Part shown: in pieces, positions 17,366 to 26,158 of the stretch
Position numbering within the stretch: the first letter of the stretch is position 1
Layout of the letters: every line of letters begins with the position of its first letter
Origin: Bdellovibrionales bacterium
GTDB taxonomy: Bacteria; Bdellovibrionota; Bdellovibrionia; Bdellovibrionales; UBA1609
Direction: 5' to 3'
Length of the DNA: 64,000 nucleotides
NCBI GenBank assembly: GCA_965200025.1
Contig: OZ241325.1
Location: 1,742,000 to 1,805,999 of the forward strand
Notes under the pieces: generated by a model
Seen by the model: the letters and a program-made list of their open reading frames with translations, nothing else
Databases searched by the model: none
What the model was told of the DNA's origin: nothing
Translations under genes and position numbers: made by a program

Positions 17366-17872
17366 TTACTGGCCCAGCATGTAAATGTCGGGGTGAGCTC
17401 TTCCCTCGCCCTCCAGATGCATGCCATAACCCACAATAAAGTGGTCCTCCATGACTTTTCCCACATAATCCAGCTCTACAAAAACCCTTCTGCGGGAGGA
17501 TTTGTCCAACAGCACCGCGGTTTTTAAAGACTCTGGCTGGTTCAGCTTCACCCTTTCCATTAAAAAAGACAAAGTCAGGCCAGAGTCAATAATGCTGTCC
17601 ACAATTAAAACCGGTTTGTTCTTTATGGGTTGGGAAATATCTTTTTTTATCATAAAGTGATGGGCTTTGCTTCCATCAATAAGTACAAAATCCACCACCA
17701 CTTTGAGGTTCATCGCCCGTATCAAATCAGAGAGAAAAAACACCGCCCCTTTTAAAGGGCTGATAATCACAAGCTCTTTGTTTAAGTAATCCCTGGTGAT
17801 CTCATGGGCCAGCCTTTGAACAATTTTTTGAATCTCTTTGGCGTTTAAGAAAGGGACAAGTCCTTTTTCCAT
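17366..17872 (-). CDS. hpt: Hypoxanthine-guanine phosphoribosyltransferase
   Basis: PRPP-binding motif VLIVDSIIDSGLTL, LKGAVFFLSDL, FIVGYGM. Confidence 0.85.
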   Translation of the reverse strand: MEKGLVPFLNAKEIQKIVQRLAHEITRDYLNKELVIISPLKGAVFFLSDLIRAMNLKVVVDFVLIDGSKAHHFMIKKDISQPIKNKPVLIVDSIIDSGLTLSFLMERVKLNQPESLKTAVLLDKSSRRRVFVELDYVGKVMEDHFIVGYGMHLEGEGRAHPDIYMLGQ

Positions 17873-17888
17873 GGGTAAAAAACCTTTT

Positions 17889-18578
17889 TTAAGGGTGTGG
17901 TTCTGTAAAATACTGTATTTTCAGCAAAGCCTCTTTGGCCTCTTTGTTGTCCGGGTGAAGCTTTAAAATCTTTTCCCATTCCTGTATGGCCAAAGGGCTT
18001 TGTTTTTGAATAAACAGCCACCGGGCCAAAAGCAGGCGGGCTTCTGTCAGCCGGGGGGATAAAGAAACAATCTCCTTTAAATGTTTTAAGGCTTTTTCCC
18101 GGTGTTTTAAATCCCACAAAAGCCTTGCCACCTCCAGCTGGGTTAAGACATCTTCCGGCTTAAGCTCCAAAGCACTTAAATACTGTTTTAAAGCCTGCTC
18201 CCTGTGGTTTTGCTTCAGGTAGGTTTGAGCGGTCTGGATGTGAAGCCTTGTCACCTCCTCCTTCCAGTTTTGAAAAGCACTTTGTTTTTGAAGCTTAAGG
18301 GCTTTTTCGTAAAACACCGCCCCTTCCGGGTAATGCCCCATCTCATTTAAAACAATGCTGAAGTTTAAAAAATACTCGGCATTGCTTTCCATCTCGCAGG
18401 CCTGTTTTAAGTTTTTAAGTCCGGCTTTAAACCGCCCCTCTTGATAAAGCACCACCCCCAGAAGGTGAAAGCTACGGGCCTGCTCACCCGATTGTGCCAT
18501 CTCCTGCTTCAACAAAAACCTGGCCTCTTTCCACCTTTGTTTAAGAAAACACTCCCAGGCCTGTGTGTAGTGTTCCAT
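17889..18578 (-). CDS. TPR-repeat protein
   Basis: Repeated TPR helices (ARSFHLLGVVLYQEGRFKAGLKNLKQA, AVFYEKALKLQ, ALKQYLSALELKP). Confidence 0.6.
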   Translation of the reverse strand: MEHYTQAWECFLKQRWKEARFLLKQEMAQSGEQARSFHLLGVVLYQEGRFKAGLKNLKQACEMESNAEYFLNFSIVLNEMGHYPEGAVFYEKALKLQKQSAFQNWKEEVTRLHIQTAQTYLKQNHREQALKQYLSALELKPEDVLTQLEVARLLWDLKHREKALKHLKEIVSLSPRLTEARLLLARWLFIQKQSPLAIQEWEKILKLHPDNKEAKEALLKIQYFTEPHP

Positions 18579-19369
18579 TACACCCTCCCATGGAAAATAA
18601 ATTCCCGGGGATTTTTAAGCTTTGTTGGACCGGTTTTTTTAACCTGTGGGGAAAACTGTTTCAGCATTTTTTGCAGCCGGACTTTTGAGGGCAGCGGGGT
18701 TTTAAAATCCTTATGATTTTCCAATGGGGGGTAGGTTTTAATCAGGTGTCTTAAGTAAGGCAGGCTTCTTAAAGGCTGGTTTTGCTTCAGATGAAATTGA
18801 ACGGTCTGCCATTCTTTTTTGGCTTTCAAATAAAGAACCTTGTTTAAATGAGTGAAAGCCTGTGACCGAAAACTGCTGTCCGGAAAATTTTTTAAATGTT
18901 TTTTAAAATAAAAAAGAGCTTTTTGTGTGAGGCTTAAATCCCTGTCTGCCGTATTGGGCAGCTGGTGAAAATAAGAAAGAGCCAAATGGAAAACCACCCG
19001 ATCATTTTTTTTATGATGGGGGTGTTTTTCCAAAAAAATCTGGTAGGCTTTTACAGCCTCTGGCCACGCCTCTTTCAAAAAATAAATGTCTGCAACACTC
19101 AGCTCTGCCTGTGTTGCCAGAGGGGAGTAAAGATAGCGGGTTTTAAATTTCCTGAACTGAATCAGAGCCTCTGTATAGTAAGCCCGTTCCTTTAAGCTTT
19201 TTGCTTTTTGAAACAAAAGGGCCTGTGAGGGGGAGTCAGTATCCTCTTTAAGGGACTGGCAGGCTGTTAAAAACAAAAAAAGAAGGGGCCAAAGCATAAA
19301 AAACCTTATCCCGGTTTTTAAAGGGAAAGTCAAAAGTTTTTGGTTTCTCCCGGGTCTTTTAGCTTTCAC
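18578..19369 (-). CDS. bamD: Outer membrane protein assembly factor BamD (YfiO-like TPR lipoprotein)
   Basis: Lipobox FLTAC. BamD-like TPR helices (YYTEALIQFRKF, ELSVADIYFLKEAWPEAVKAYQIFLEKHPHH). Confidence 0.7.
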   Translation of the reverse strand: MKAKRPGRNQKLLTFPLKTGIRFFMLWPLLFLFLTACQSLKEDTDSPSQALLFQKAKSLKERAYYTEALIQFRKFKTRYLYSPLATQAELSVADIYFLKEAWPEAVKAYQIFLEKHPHHKKNDRVVFHLALSYFHQLPNTADRDLSLTQKALFYFKKHLKNFPDSSFRSQAFTHLNKVLYLKAKKEWQTVQFHLKQNQPLRSLPYLRHLIKTYPPLENHKDFKTPLPSKVRLQKMLKQFSPQVKKTGPTKLKNPREFIFHGRV

Positions 19370-20417
19370 TGGTGGTCAGGTGATCATAGACCGCCACGAA
19401 AGTGACCTTACAGGCATTGGCCAGGGGGATACTGATGATCATTCCCAAAATTCCCATAAACTGTCCACCCAAAATAATCAAAAGCACAACGGTCACAGGG
19501 TGCAGGTTTACAATACGGGCCACCAAAACAGGAACCAGAATACCGGCATCAATGGCCTGGGCTGTGGCATACACCAAAACCACAAGAGAGAGATCAAACA
19601 TCTGGTAGTCATTAATGAGGGCTATGGCTATGGCAGGGGCTGCACCAATGAGAGGGCCCAGATAGGGAATCAAATTGGTTAAGGCTGCAAAACCGCCCAA
19701 AAGCCATGCAAAGGGAAAAAAGACAAGACTTAAACCCACACCGGTAACCGCCCCCACAATAAAAGCCTCCAAAAACCGGGCACGAATAAAAAGCCCCAGC
19801 TGCTGGTTGATTTGATATTGCAAACTTAAAGTCATTTCAAACACACTGTTGGGTACCCACCTCATAAAGTGCCGGGATATTTTATGACCATCCCTGAGAA
19901 GAAAAAAAGCCAGAAAAGGGGCCAAAATCAAAACTGTTAAAACCTGAAACAAAAGGAGGGGTAAGTCTTTTAAAATCAGCTGGCCCAGGGATAAAAGTTT
20001 TTCCTCCCCCAAAGTGCGTAAATTTAAACTTAAACCCAGCCAGGTTTTGATTTTTTCCTCAAAGTTTTCAATCAGGCTGACCAGACCTTTAAAGTACCGG
20101 GGCCATTCCTCCTGAAGGTGGGAAATCTGCCCGGAAATAAAAGGAAAAAACCAAATCCCCACCGCCCCCACAAAAACCAGGCCCATTAAAAACACCAGTA
20201 TCAAACCCTGGTTATAGCTCAGGCCCGCCCTTTCAAAAAAAACCAGAACCGGCCGGCTTAAATAAGCCAAAACAAAAGCCAGAAGCAGGGACACAAACAA
20301 ATTGTTCACCAAAAACAAGACACAGCCGATCACCAGCAGGATGCTTAAAAACACCACCAGCTTCCAGGTGTTAATGCTCTTCAGCTGTTTTTTTTGTTCT
20401 GTTGTAAGGGCAAACAT
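19359..20417 (-). CDS. AI-2E family (PerM/UPF0118) transporter
   Basis: Multi-TM protein with the family-typical C-terminal region (NLIPYLGPLIGAAPAIAIAL .. IISIPLA). Confidence 0.85.
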   Translation of the reverse strand: MFALTTEQKKQLKSINTWKLVVFLSILLVIGCVLFLVNNLFVSLLLAFVLAYLSRPVLVFFERAGLSYNQGLILVFLMGLVFVGAVGIWFFPFISGQISHLQEEWPRYFKGLVSLIENFEEKIKTWLGLSLNLRTLGEEKLLSLGQLILKDLPLLLFQVLTVLILAPFLAFFLLRDGHKISRHFMRWVPNSVFEMTLSLQYQINQQLGLFIRARFLEAFIVGAVTGVGLSLVFFPFAWLLGGFAALTNLIPYLGPLIGAAPAIAIALINDYQMFDLSLVVLVYATAQAIDAGILVPVLVARIVNLHPVTVVLLIILGGQFMGILGMIISIPLANACKVTFVAVYDHLTTSES

Positions 20418-20920
20418 TAAAGCTCCATTTTTTGATCGGTGTGGAAAAGTTTTTCACTGGCTTTTAAAAGTCTTTCCCCTATAATTTTACTTAAATTCAT
20501 TAAAATTTTGGCAGCGGTTAAAGGCTGTTTGTCCATTAAGGAAAGCAGGTCAGGTCTTAAAAAACACAGCAGCTGGCTTTTTTCACTGGCCTGGGCTGAG
20601 AGATTTTGATAGGCCTTGTCTTTCACCAAAGCCAGCTCTCCAAAAAAACCCCCTTTACTCAACTCAGAAACGGTTTTGGCAGGGCTGTTGCCTTTATGAT
20701 AAAGAATACTCACTTTCCCCTGAAGCACTAAGTACATGCCCAGGCCTTTTCCGGGGGGGAAAAGGGGTTCCCCCCGGATGTAGGATCTCTCATGCACTGT
20801 TTGCACCAAAAGGTTTTGCTCTTTGGGGTTTAAGGACTGAAACAGGGGGTTGTGAGCCAGAATTTGAGTTTTTGTGTTTTCCTCTGTGGCGAGAAAAAAA
20901 TTTTTCCATAAAAAATCCAT
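20417..20920 (-). CDS. Cyclic nucleotide-binding domain protein
   Basis: cNMP-binding beta-barrel signature (GEPLF.. MYLVLQGKVSI .. GGFFGELALV). Confidence 0.7.
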   Translation of the reverse strand: MDFLWKNFFLATEENTKTQILAHNPLFQSLNPKEQNLLVQTVHERSYIRGEPLFPPGKGLGMYLVLQGKVSILYHKGNSPAKTVSELSKGGFFGELALVKDKAYQNLSAQASEKSQLLCFLRPDLLSLMDKQPLTAAKILMNLSKIIGERLLKASEKLFHTDQKMEL

Positions 20921-21025
20921 AATTTTACTCCTTTTTTAACCTCTCAGGAAAGCTTAAGAATAAAAAAACAAAAGGGGCTTTTCAAGAGATAAATATTATT
21001 TCACCGGGACTGCCGGGCTTATTTT

Positions 21026-21676
21026 TCAACCGCCAGGGGGCTGGTTTCCCTGTCTCATAAAAATCACACTGTCCTGTGGGATCCACCCTGTTTGGTTTTT
21101 GCTTAAGTGAATTTGTATAAAAGGGGCTTTTCTCTGTTTGATTTTCACCAGGCTTAAAACCGGCACTTCCCACCGGGAGGAGGCAGCTCTTGTGGGGGCG
21201 GAAAGCAGGGGCTGTGTTTTTATCACTGTTCCATAAGAGACAAAATGGCGGTGGTAAAAATAAAAAGCCCCACCGGTATAAAGGGCCAGGGCTGTGGGAA
21301 GGGCCATTTTTAATGTTTTGCCTCTTTTCCCGTAAAACAAAAAAAGAAGCCAGGCCGTGATAAAAAACCATGTCAGCCACACAGCGTCCGGGGGAATGTG
21401 AAACCAAAAGGTAAAGGGCAGGGGGGCATGTGTTTTTAAAAATTTTTTGACCGGGGTGTGATAGGGGTTTTTAAATAAAAAGCTTCTTAAAGTGGCTATG
21501 GCCTGTGGGTTTTTGCCCTCCTGAAGGTAAAGCCGGACTTTTTGCCCGTCTGTGGGATCAGCAAAGTCCCGGGCCTCTGTTTCCAAACAAAAGCCTGTTA
21601 AAACAAACAGAGCATAAGAAAAAACATAAGGAGTCATAAAAAACTTTCTCCACCCCCTTAAACTCCAGCTTGACAA
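21026..21676 (-). CDS. Hypothetical membrane protein with a C-terminal SH3b-like domain
   Basis: Signal/TM segments. One TPR-like helix pair. C-terminus (VPVLSLVKIKQRKAPFIQIHLSKNQTGWIPQDSVIF) resembles bacterial SH3. Confidence 0.35.
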   Translation of the reverse strand: MSSWSLRGWRKFFMTPYVFSYALFVLTGFCLETEARDFADPTDGQKVRLYLQEGKNPQAIATLRSFLFKNPYHTPVKKFLKTHAPLPFTFWFHIPPDAVWLTWFFITAWLLFLFYGKRGKTLKMALPTALALYTGGAFYFYHRHFVSYGTVIKTQPLLSAPTRAASSRWEVPVLSLVKIKQRKAPFIQIHLSKNQTGWIPQDSVIFMRQGNQPPGG

Positions 21677-21679
21677 AAA

Positions 21680-22684
21680 ATGATTTTACATTTTACACTG
21701 GTTTTGTCTATGTCTTTTATTGTTCAGTCTGCGGGGTTTAAGGATCAACCGGCTCTTTTTCGCTTTGCTCTTCAGCACTCTCTTTATAACCTGCCGGCCG
21801 ATCGCCATCTTTTAAGAAAAAAAATCTCAGAGAGTAAAAAATCTTTTCAGGGCCTTTTGCCCAAAAAAGACAAAAACTTTGTTTTTGTTTTAAAGGATCT
21901 TAAAAAACAGGGCCGGGTGGTGGGCAGCTCGCAGCTTCAGTCTCAATACGGAAGTGATAAAAACCCCCGTCTTCAGCTTTATTTGTCTCATGTTAAAAAA
22001 AAACCGGCTTTAAAGCTAAAGGTGTGTAAAAAACCGGTCTCTTGTCTGGCGGGCCTGGTGCTGGACACCTCTTACCACCACCACCCTCAAAAACTGGGCC
22101 GTCTTATCAGCTTCATTCGTTTTTTGTTTATGGCTTCCTCCCCCGGGGTTTTTCAAACTCAGGTTTATACAGAAATCAAACCTTTTTTAAACCGGGAGAA
22201 AAAAGCCCCTTTTTTTGAGTATTTTAAAAAAACACAGGGGGACAAAAACTCTCACCCCCTCTTTTTAAGAAAATGGGCCCAGCGGGTATTTGCCCGTCCG
22301 GTTCTGATTTCAGACCTGCCCTCTGAAGTGCAGCGGGTTTTGGGACAAACCAACCCCCCGGGGCAAAGAGCCATGCATATTTTAAAAAAACAAAATTTTG
22401 TTTTTAAGGGAGGGATGCATCCTGTGGATTCTGGCCCATGTCTTCAGGCCCCTGTCCAAAAAATTCCGGTGATTCAAAATACAAAAAAAGTTTTTTTAAA
22501 AGCAGGAGCTTTAAAAGTGAAAGGAAGGTGGTGGCTTTGGGGACAGACAAAAAACAAAAATTTTAAAGGGGGCCTGCTTTATGGGGCTTTGGCACAAAAA
22601 AATCTCTTTATATCCCCCGGTGATTTTGATACATACAATCTGCACCAAGGGCAGGAGGTCTTTGTCAGCCCCTTTGATTTGTGA
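21680..22684 (+). CDS. Arginine N-succinyltransferase (AstA) family protein
   Basis: By-eye match to AstA landmarks: SFIRFLFMASSPGVF versus SRFMFMAAFRDKF, and C-terminal HPVDSGPCLQAPVQKI versus IDIFDGGPTLECDIDRV. Length is similar, about 335 aa. Confidence 0.5.
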   Translation: MILHFTLVLSMSFIVQSAGFKDQPALFRFALQHSLYNLPADRHLLRKKISESKKSFQGLLPKKDKNFVFVLKDLKKQGRVVGSSQLQSQYGSDKNPRLQLYLSHVKKKPALKLKVCKKPVSCLAGLVLDTSYHHHPQKLGRLISFIRFLFMASSPGVFQTQVYTEIKPFLNREKKAPFFEYFKKTQGDKNSHPLFLRKWAQRVFARPVLISDLPSEVQRVLGQTNPPGQRAMHILKKQNFVFKGGMHPVDSGPCLQAPVQKIPVIQNTKKVFLKAGALKVKGRWWLWGQTKNKNFKGGLLYGALAQKNLFISPGDFDTYNLHQGQEVFVSPFDL

Positions 22685-23832
22685 TAAGTTTTTACCCTCT
22701 TTCAAACAAAAATACCGAAAACGAACAGGAAAAAATTAAAATGGCTTTGGTTCCGGGTTTTTTAAAGTTTTTGTTTATTTTTTTCCCCCTGATGGGGGGG
22801 GCTTTTTCAGAGGCTGACAGCAGGCATTCCTTTTTATGGGCTGCTGGTTTTGCTTCCGATTCTTTAGCCCCTGATGGGGAAAGAACATCCGCTTTACCGG
22901 GAGGTGGTAAGCCTTCAGGTTCAGAGATTTTGGTGTTTATTCCCAAGGGGATGGCTTTCCAGCAGGTGGCAAGGCTTTTGTGGCAAAAGGGGGTGATTAA
23001 GAGTGTTTTTTATTTTCGGCTTTTGGCCTGGATCAAAAACAAGGAAAATCATATCAAATACGGGGAGTATGCTTTTTTACCCCATTCTTCTGCCGCCGCT
23101 GTGTTAAAAATTTTGGTGGAGGGAAAATCCCGCCTTTATGCGGTGACTTTTCCGGAGGGCTTAAACCTGTTTGAAATGGCTCAGGTGCTCGAAGATCAGG
23201 GTTTTTTAAAAAAAGAGGATTTTATTTCTGTGGCAGGAAGTGAGGCGGTGGCTTTAAAACTTTTAAAGGAAAAGCAACCCGGCCTGGAGGGATATTTGTT
23301 TCCAGACACTTATTTGTTTCCCCGGCCGGTGGAGGCAGAGGTGGTGGTTCAAACCCAGGTGCAAAGGTTTTTTGACATGTATGCCCGCCTGAGGCCTGAG
23401 CAAAAAGACCTGCTGCTTCCTTTGAGCCGGCATGAGCAGGTGACCCTGGCCTCCATTATAGAAAAAGAAACCGGAACACCGGAAGAACGCCCCGTAATTG
23501 CCTCTGTATTTTACAACCGTTTAATAAAAAAAATGCGTTTGGAAAGTGATCCCACCATTATTTATGGAATGGTTTTGGAATCCGGGGGTGCACCGGTTTT
23601 TAACATCAAAAAACGGGACATTCGGCGAAAAACCGCTTACAACACTTACACCTTTAAGGGCTTTCCCCCGGGGCCTGTTGCCAATCCGGGCTTTGAATCC
23701 TTAAAAGCGGTTTTTTCCCCGGCCAGCACCTCTTTTTTATATTTTGTCAGCAAAGGGGACGGAAGCCATGTTTTCTCCACCCATTTTAAAGATCACAAAA
23801 AAGCTGTGGACAAATACCAAAGAAAAAAATGA
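22681..23832 (+). CDS. mltG: Endolytic murein transglycosylase MltG (YceG-like). An alternative start is ATG 22741.
   Basis: ASIIEKETGTPEERPVIASVFYNRL, SDPTIIYG, YNTYTFKGFPPGPVANPG. Confidence 0.85.
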   Translation: MISFYPLSNKNTENEQEKIKMALVPGFLKFLFIFFPLMGGAFSEADSRHSFLWAAGFASDSLAPDGERTSALPGGGKPSGSEILVFIPKGMAFQQVARLLWQKGVIKSVFYFRLLAWIKNKENHIKYGEYAFLPHSSAAAVLKILVEGKSRLYAVTFPEGLNLFEMAQVLEDQGFLKKEDFISVAGSEAVALKLLKEKQPGLEGYLFPDTYLFPRPVEAEVVVQTQVQRFFDMYARLRPEQKDLLLPLSRHEQVTLASIIEKETGTPEERPVIASVFYNRLIKKMRLESDPTIIYGMVLESGGAPVFNIKKRDIRRKTAYNTYTFKGFPPGPVANPGFESLKAVFSPASTSFLYFVSKGDGSHVFSTHFKDHKKAVDKYQRKK

Positions 23833-23875
23833 ATCATTTTTTAACCGGGAAATGTGTCTTGAACCCTGAGTTTGC

Positions 23876-25990
23876 TTACCACCAGGTGGGATTGGGCTGG
23901 CTTAAGCTTCCTGTTCCGGTCGCCGTACCCAGTCCTTCCAGATAGTTGCGGGAGATCATTTTCACCGAATAGCCTGTCCTTCCCCCTTCCACACAGGCCC
24001 CTGCCACTCTTTTTTGTAAATTCTCGTGGGCTATGTCCCTGTCCCATTTGTGGCAGGTTCCAAAATTGCTGTTTTGGATCTGCCGGTAATCTGTCTCAGA
24101 CTGGTATTTGACTTTGGGTGGATTCCACCCGGTGAGCAGGAAAGAAAGATCTTTCAGTTTATAAAAAGGTTTGGAAAACTGGCCCTGAGGATCCTGGTTT
24201 TTTAAAATATCCCAAATGTCTGTTATTTGATGTCTTGTCAGGGAGGTGTGGGGGGGGGGGCCAGTGGGCGTGAAATCCGCCCGCCATCCCAAATCCCCCC
24301 GAACAATATGACCCTGGTTCTGGCTTTCCAAAATGGTTTTTATTTTGCCAAAGTAATCTTCGGAATAAGAGGGCAAAATGGTAAAGTAAGTGGTGTCAAA
24401 CAAATCAGGGGCTATGGCTGCCACTTCCCACTGGCGGGCGGGCAGAGTTTGTCTTAAAGTTTGCCTGTTCTGCCCGGCTTTAAAAGCCAGAGGGTCTTGC
24501 CCCCCGTGCGAGTAGTGCGTGATGTCTTTGGTGGTGTTTGCCTGTTTCTTTAAAAAATCAAACCAGTGGTGTTGTACAATATGGGATCTTAAGCCCAGAT
24601 GATCTCCCGGGTAGCGGGAATAATTGGGGCTTAAGCTGAGGTCGTATCTTCTAATGCCTTCGGCATTAGTTTGGTGGGGCAGGCTTTGGGCTTCGGTGAG
24701 GGAAAGAGGCAAAAGCCTGTCGGCCCGTTTCTCTTTTTCCGGAGGGTTATAAGGGCCTATCCGGCCTCCAAAGGGTTTGGCATAAGCTTCGGCTTTGAGC
24801 TTTATATCCCCAAAAGGAAGAAAAATCTGCCCCTTGTAATCCAGCTCAGCTTTTACTCCGTAAAAAACCAAAAAATCTCTTTTTTTGTTTAATCCGGCAG
24901 AGCCCGGGCAAATCAGATGGGGGCTTCCTGTGGGTTTGCACAAGTCCACACTCACTCTTTGCTGGTGGAGCAAATTGTTAATGAAGCTTATCAGGGTTCT
25001 CAGTGCGGGAGCAGCAGGCACCGGGGGGCTTTGATCAATAAAACGGACATATTTTACACAGTCCCCATTCCCATTTAATTTTGAATAAGCATACATGAGA
25101 TTTACGAAAAAAGTGTGATCTTTGAGCCATTTTTCCGGGGGGGAGTTTTTCAGAGAGTTAAAAAACTGAAGTTTGTCCGGAGTCAGGGATTTTTTATTTA
25201 CGAAACTGAGATTTTTAACAAGTGTTTTTCGGCTGCCTTCTTTGACAAGTTCATTTTTTAAGTCTTTGCCCCGGGCCATGTGCTGTGCCAGATGGTAGAT
25301 CATCAGCTTTCTGTCGCTTTGATCCTTCATCCAGTTTGCAAAAATGGTGGCGGCAAAAAGCCAGTTGGCCTTTCCGTAATCTTTGCATTGACCTCCGATA
25401 AGACTTCCCTGCCGGTTGAAGATTTTGCTGACACTGTCAAATCCTGTGGAAAACCCGTGAAAACTGCCCTGAGAAGGTCCTATCTCCAGGGCTCCCATCA
25501 GCTGGCCGTTGATGCTGTGGCAGGTGTTGTCTGAGTCTGCACCGGCGGTGGAAGGGTGGTGCCATTTTTCGTGACCGATACAGGTGATAAAAGTTCCGGG
25601 CAGCGGACTGGGTTGATTAAAGTTCCGTGGTATAAACTCTTTGTCTTCGTTTAAAGGCTGGGGGAAGTCTGTACCGATATTGCCCAGGACTTTGTTTCTC
25701 CATGCCAAAAGCTTCCAAGACTGGCGGATTTGATAATTAATATGGGCTATGGCATTGAGCATTTGTGCCTGCTTCATGGCTCCATAGTAGGCTGCCAAAT
25801 CCACAGAGTTTTGAAGGTTGATTTTGTCATGCACCACAAGGGCTATGTTTAAAGACATGGCAAAGAGTATAAAAAGCACCTGAAAAATAAGGGCTGCAAA
25901 AATGGAAAGCTGCCCTCTCATGGGAGAAGAGGATTTTAAAGATGATTTGCTCCTGTTTGTCATGGTCTTATAAGTGATTTTAATAAACAA
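23876..25990 (-). CDS. Large TadG-like protein (Tad_N-type N-terminus)
   Basis: N-terminus MRGQLSIFAALIFQVLFILFAMSLNIALVVHDKINLQNSVDLAAYYGA matches the TadE/G-like N-terminal pattern (membrane helix then LQxAxDAAALAGA-like). I did not recognise the rest. Confidence 0.5.
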   Translation of the reverse strand: MFIKITYKTMTNRSKSSLKSSSPMRGQLSIFAALIFQVLFILFAMSLNIALVVHDKINLQNSVDLAAYYGAMKQAQMLNAIAHINYQIRQSWKLLAWRNKVLGNIGTDFPQPLNEDKEFIPRNFNQPSPLPGTFITCIGHEKWHHPSTAGADSDNTCHSINGQLMGALEIGPSQGSFHGFSTGFDSVSKIFNRQGSLIGGQCKDYGKANWLFAATIFANWMKDQSDRKLMIYHLAQHMARGKDLKNELVKEGSRKTLVKNLSFVNKKSLTPDKLQFFNSLKNSPPEKWLKDHTFFVNLMYAYSKLNGNGDCVKYVRFIDQSPPVPAAPALRTLISFINNLLHQQRVSVDLCKPTGSPHLICPGSAGLNKKRDFLVFYGVKAELDYKGQIFLPFGDIKLKAEAYAKPFGGRIGPYNPPEKEKRADRLLPLSLTEAQSLPHQTNAEGIRRYDLSLSPNYSRYPGDHLGLRSHIVQHHWFDFLKKQANTTKDITHYSHGGQDPLAFKAGQNRQTLRQTLPARQWEVAAIAPDLFDTTYFTILPSYSEDYFGKIKTILESQNQGHIVRGDLGWRADFTPTGPPPHTSLTRHQITDIWDILKNQDPQGQFSKPFYKLKDLSFLLTGWNPPKVKYQSETDYRQIQNSNFGTCHKWDRDIAHENLQKRVAGACVEGGRTGYSVKMISRNYLEGLGTATGTGSLSQPNPTWW

Positions 25991-26158
25991 ACCTTCCCTT
26001 CGTCAAATTTTAAGGCCAGCTGTGGTCTCTCACAAAAAGACTTTGGACTGGCTTTTTTCTTAAAAAACCACAAAAACAACTAAAGTTTTTTTTAAGCCTG
26101 TCCGATGATAAGTTAAAGAAAGCCTTTTGACAGTCAAACAAGGGAAGGGGAATAAAAA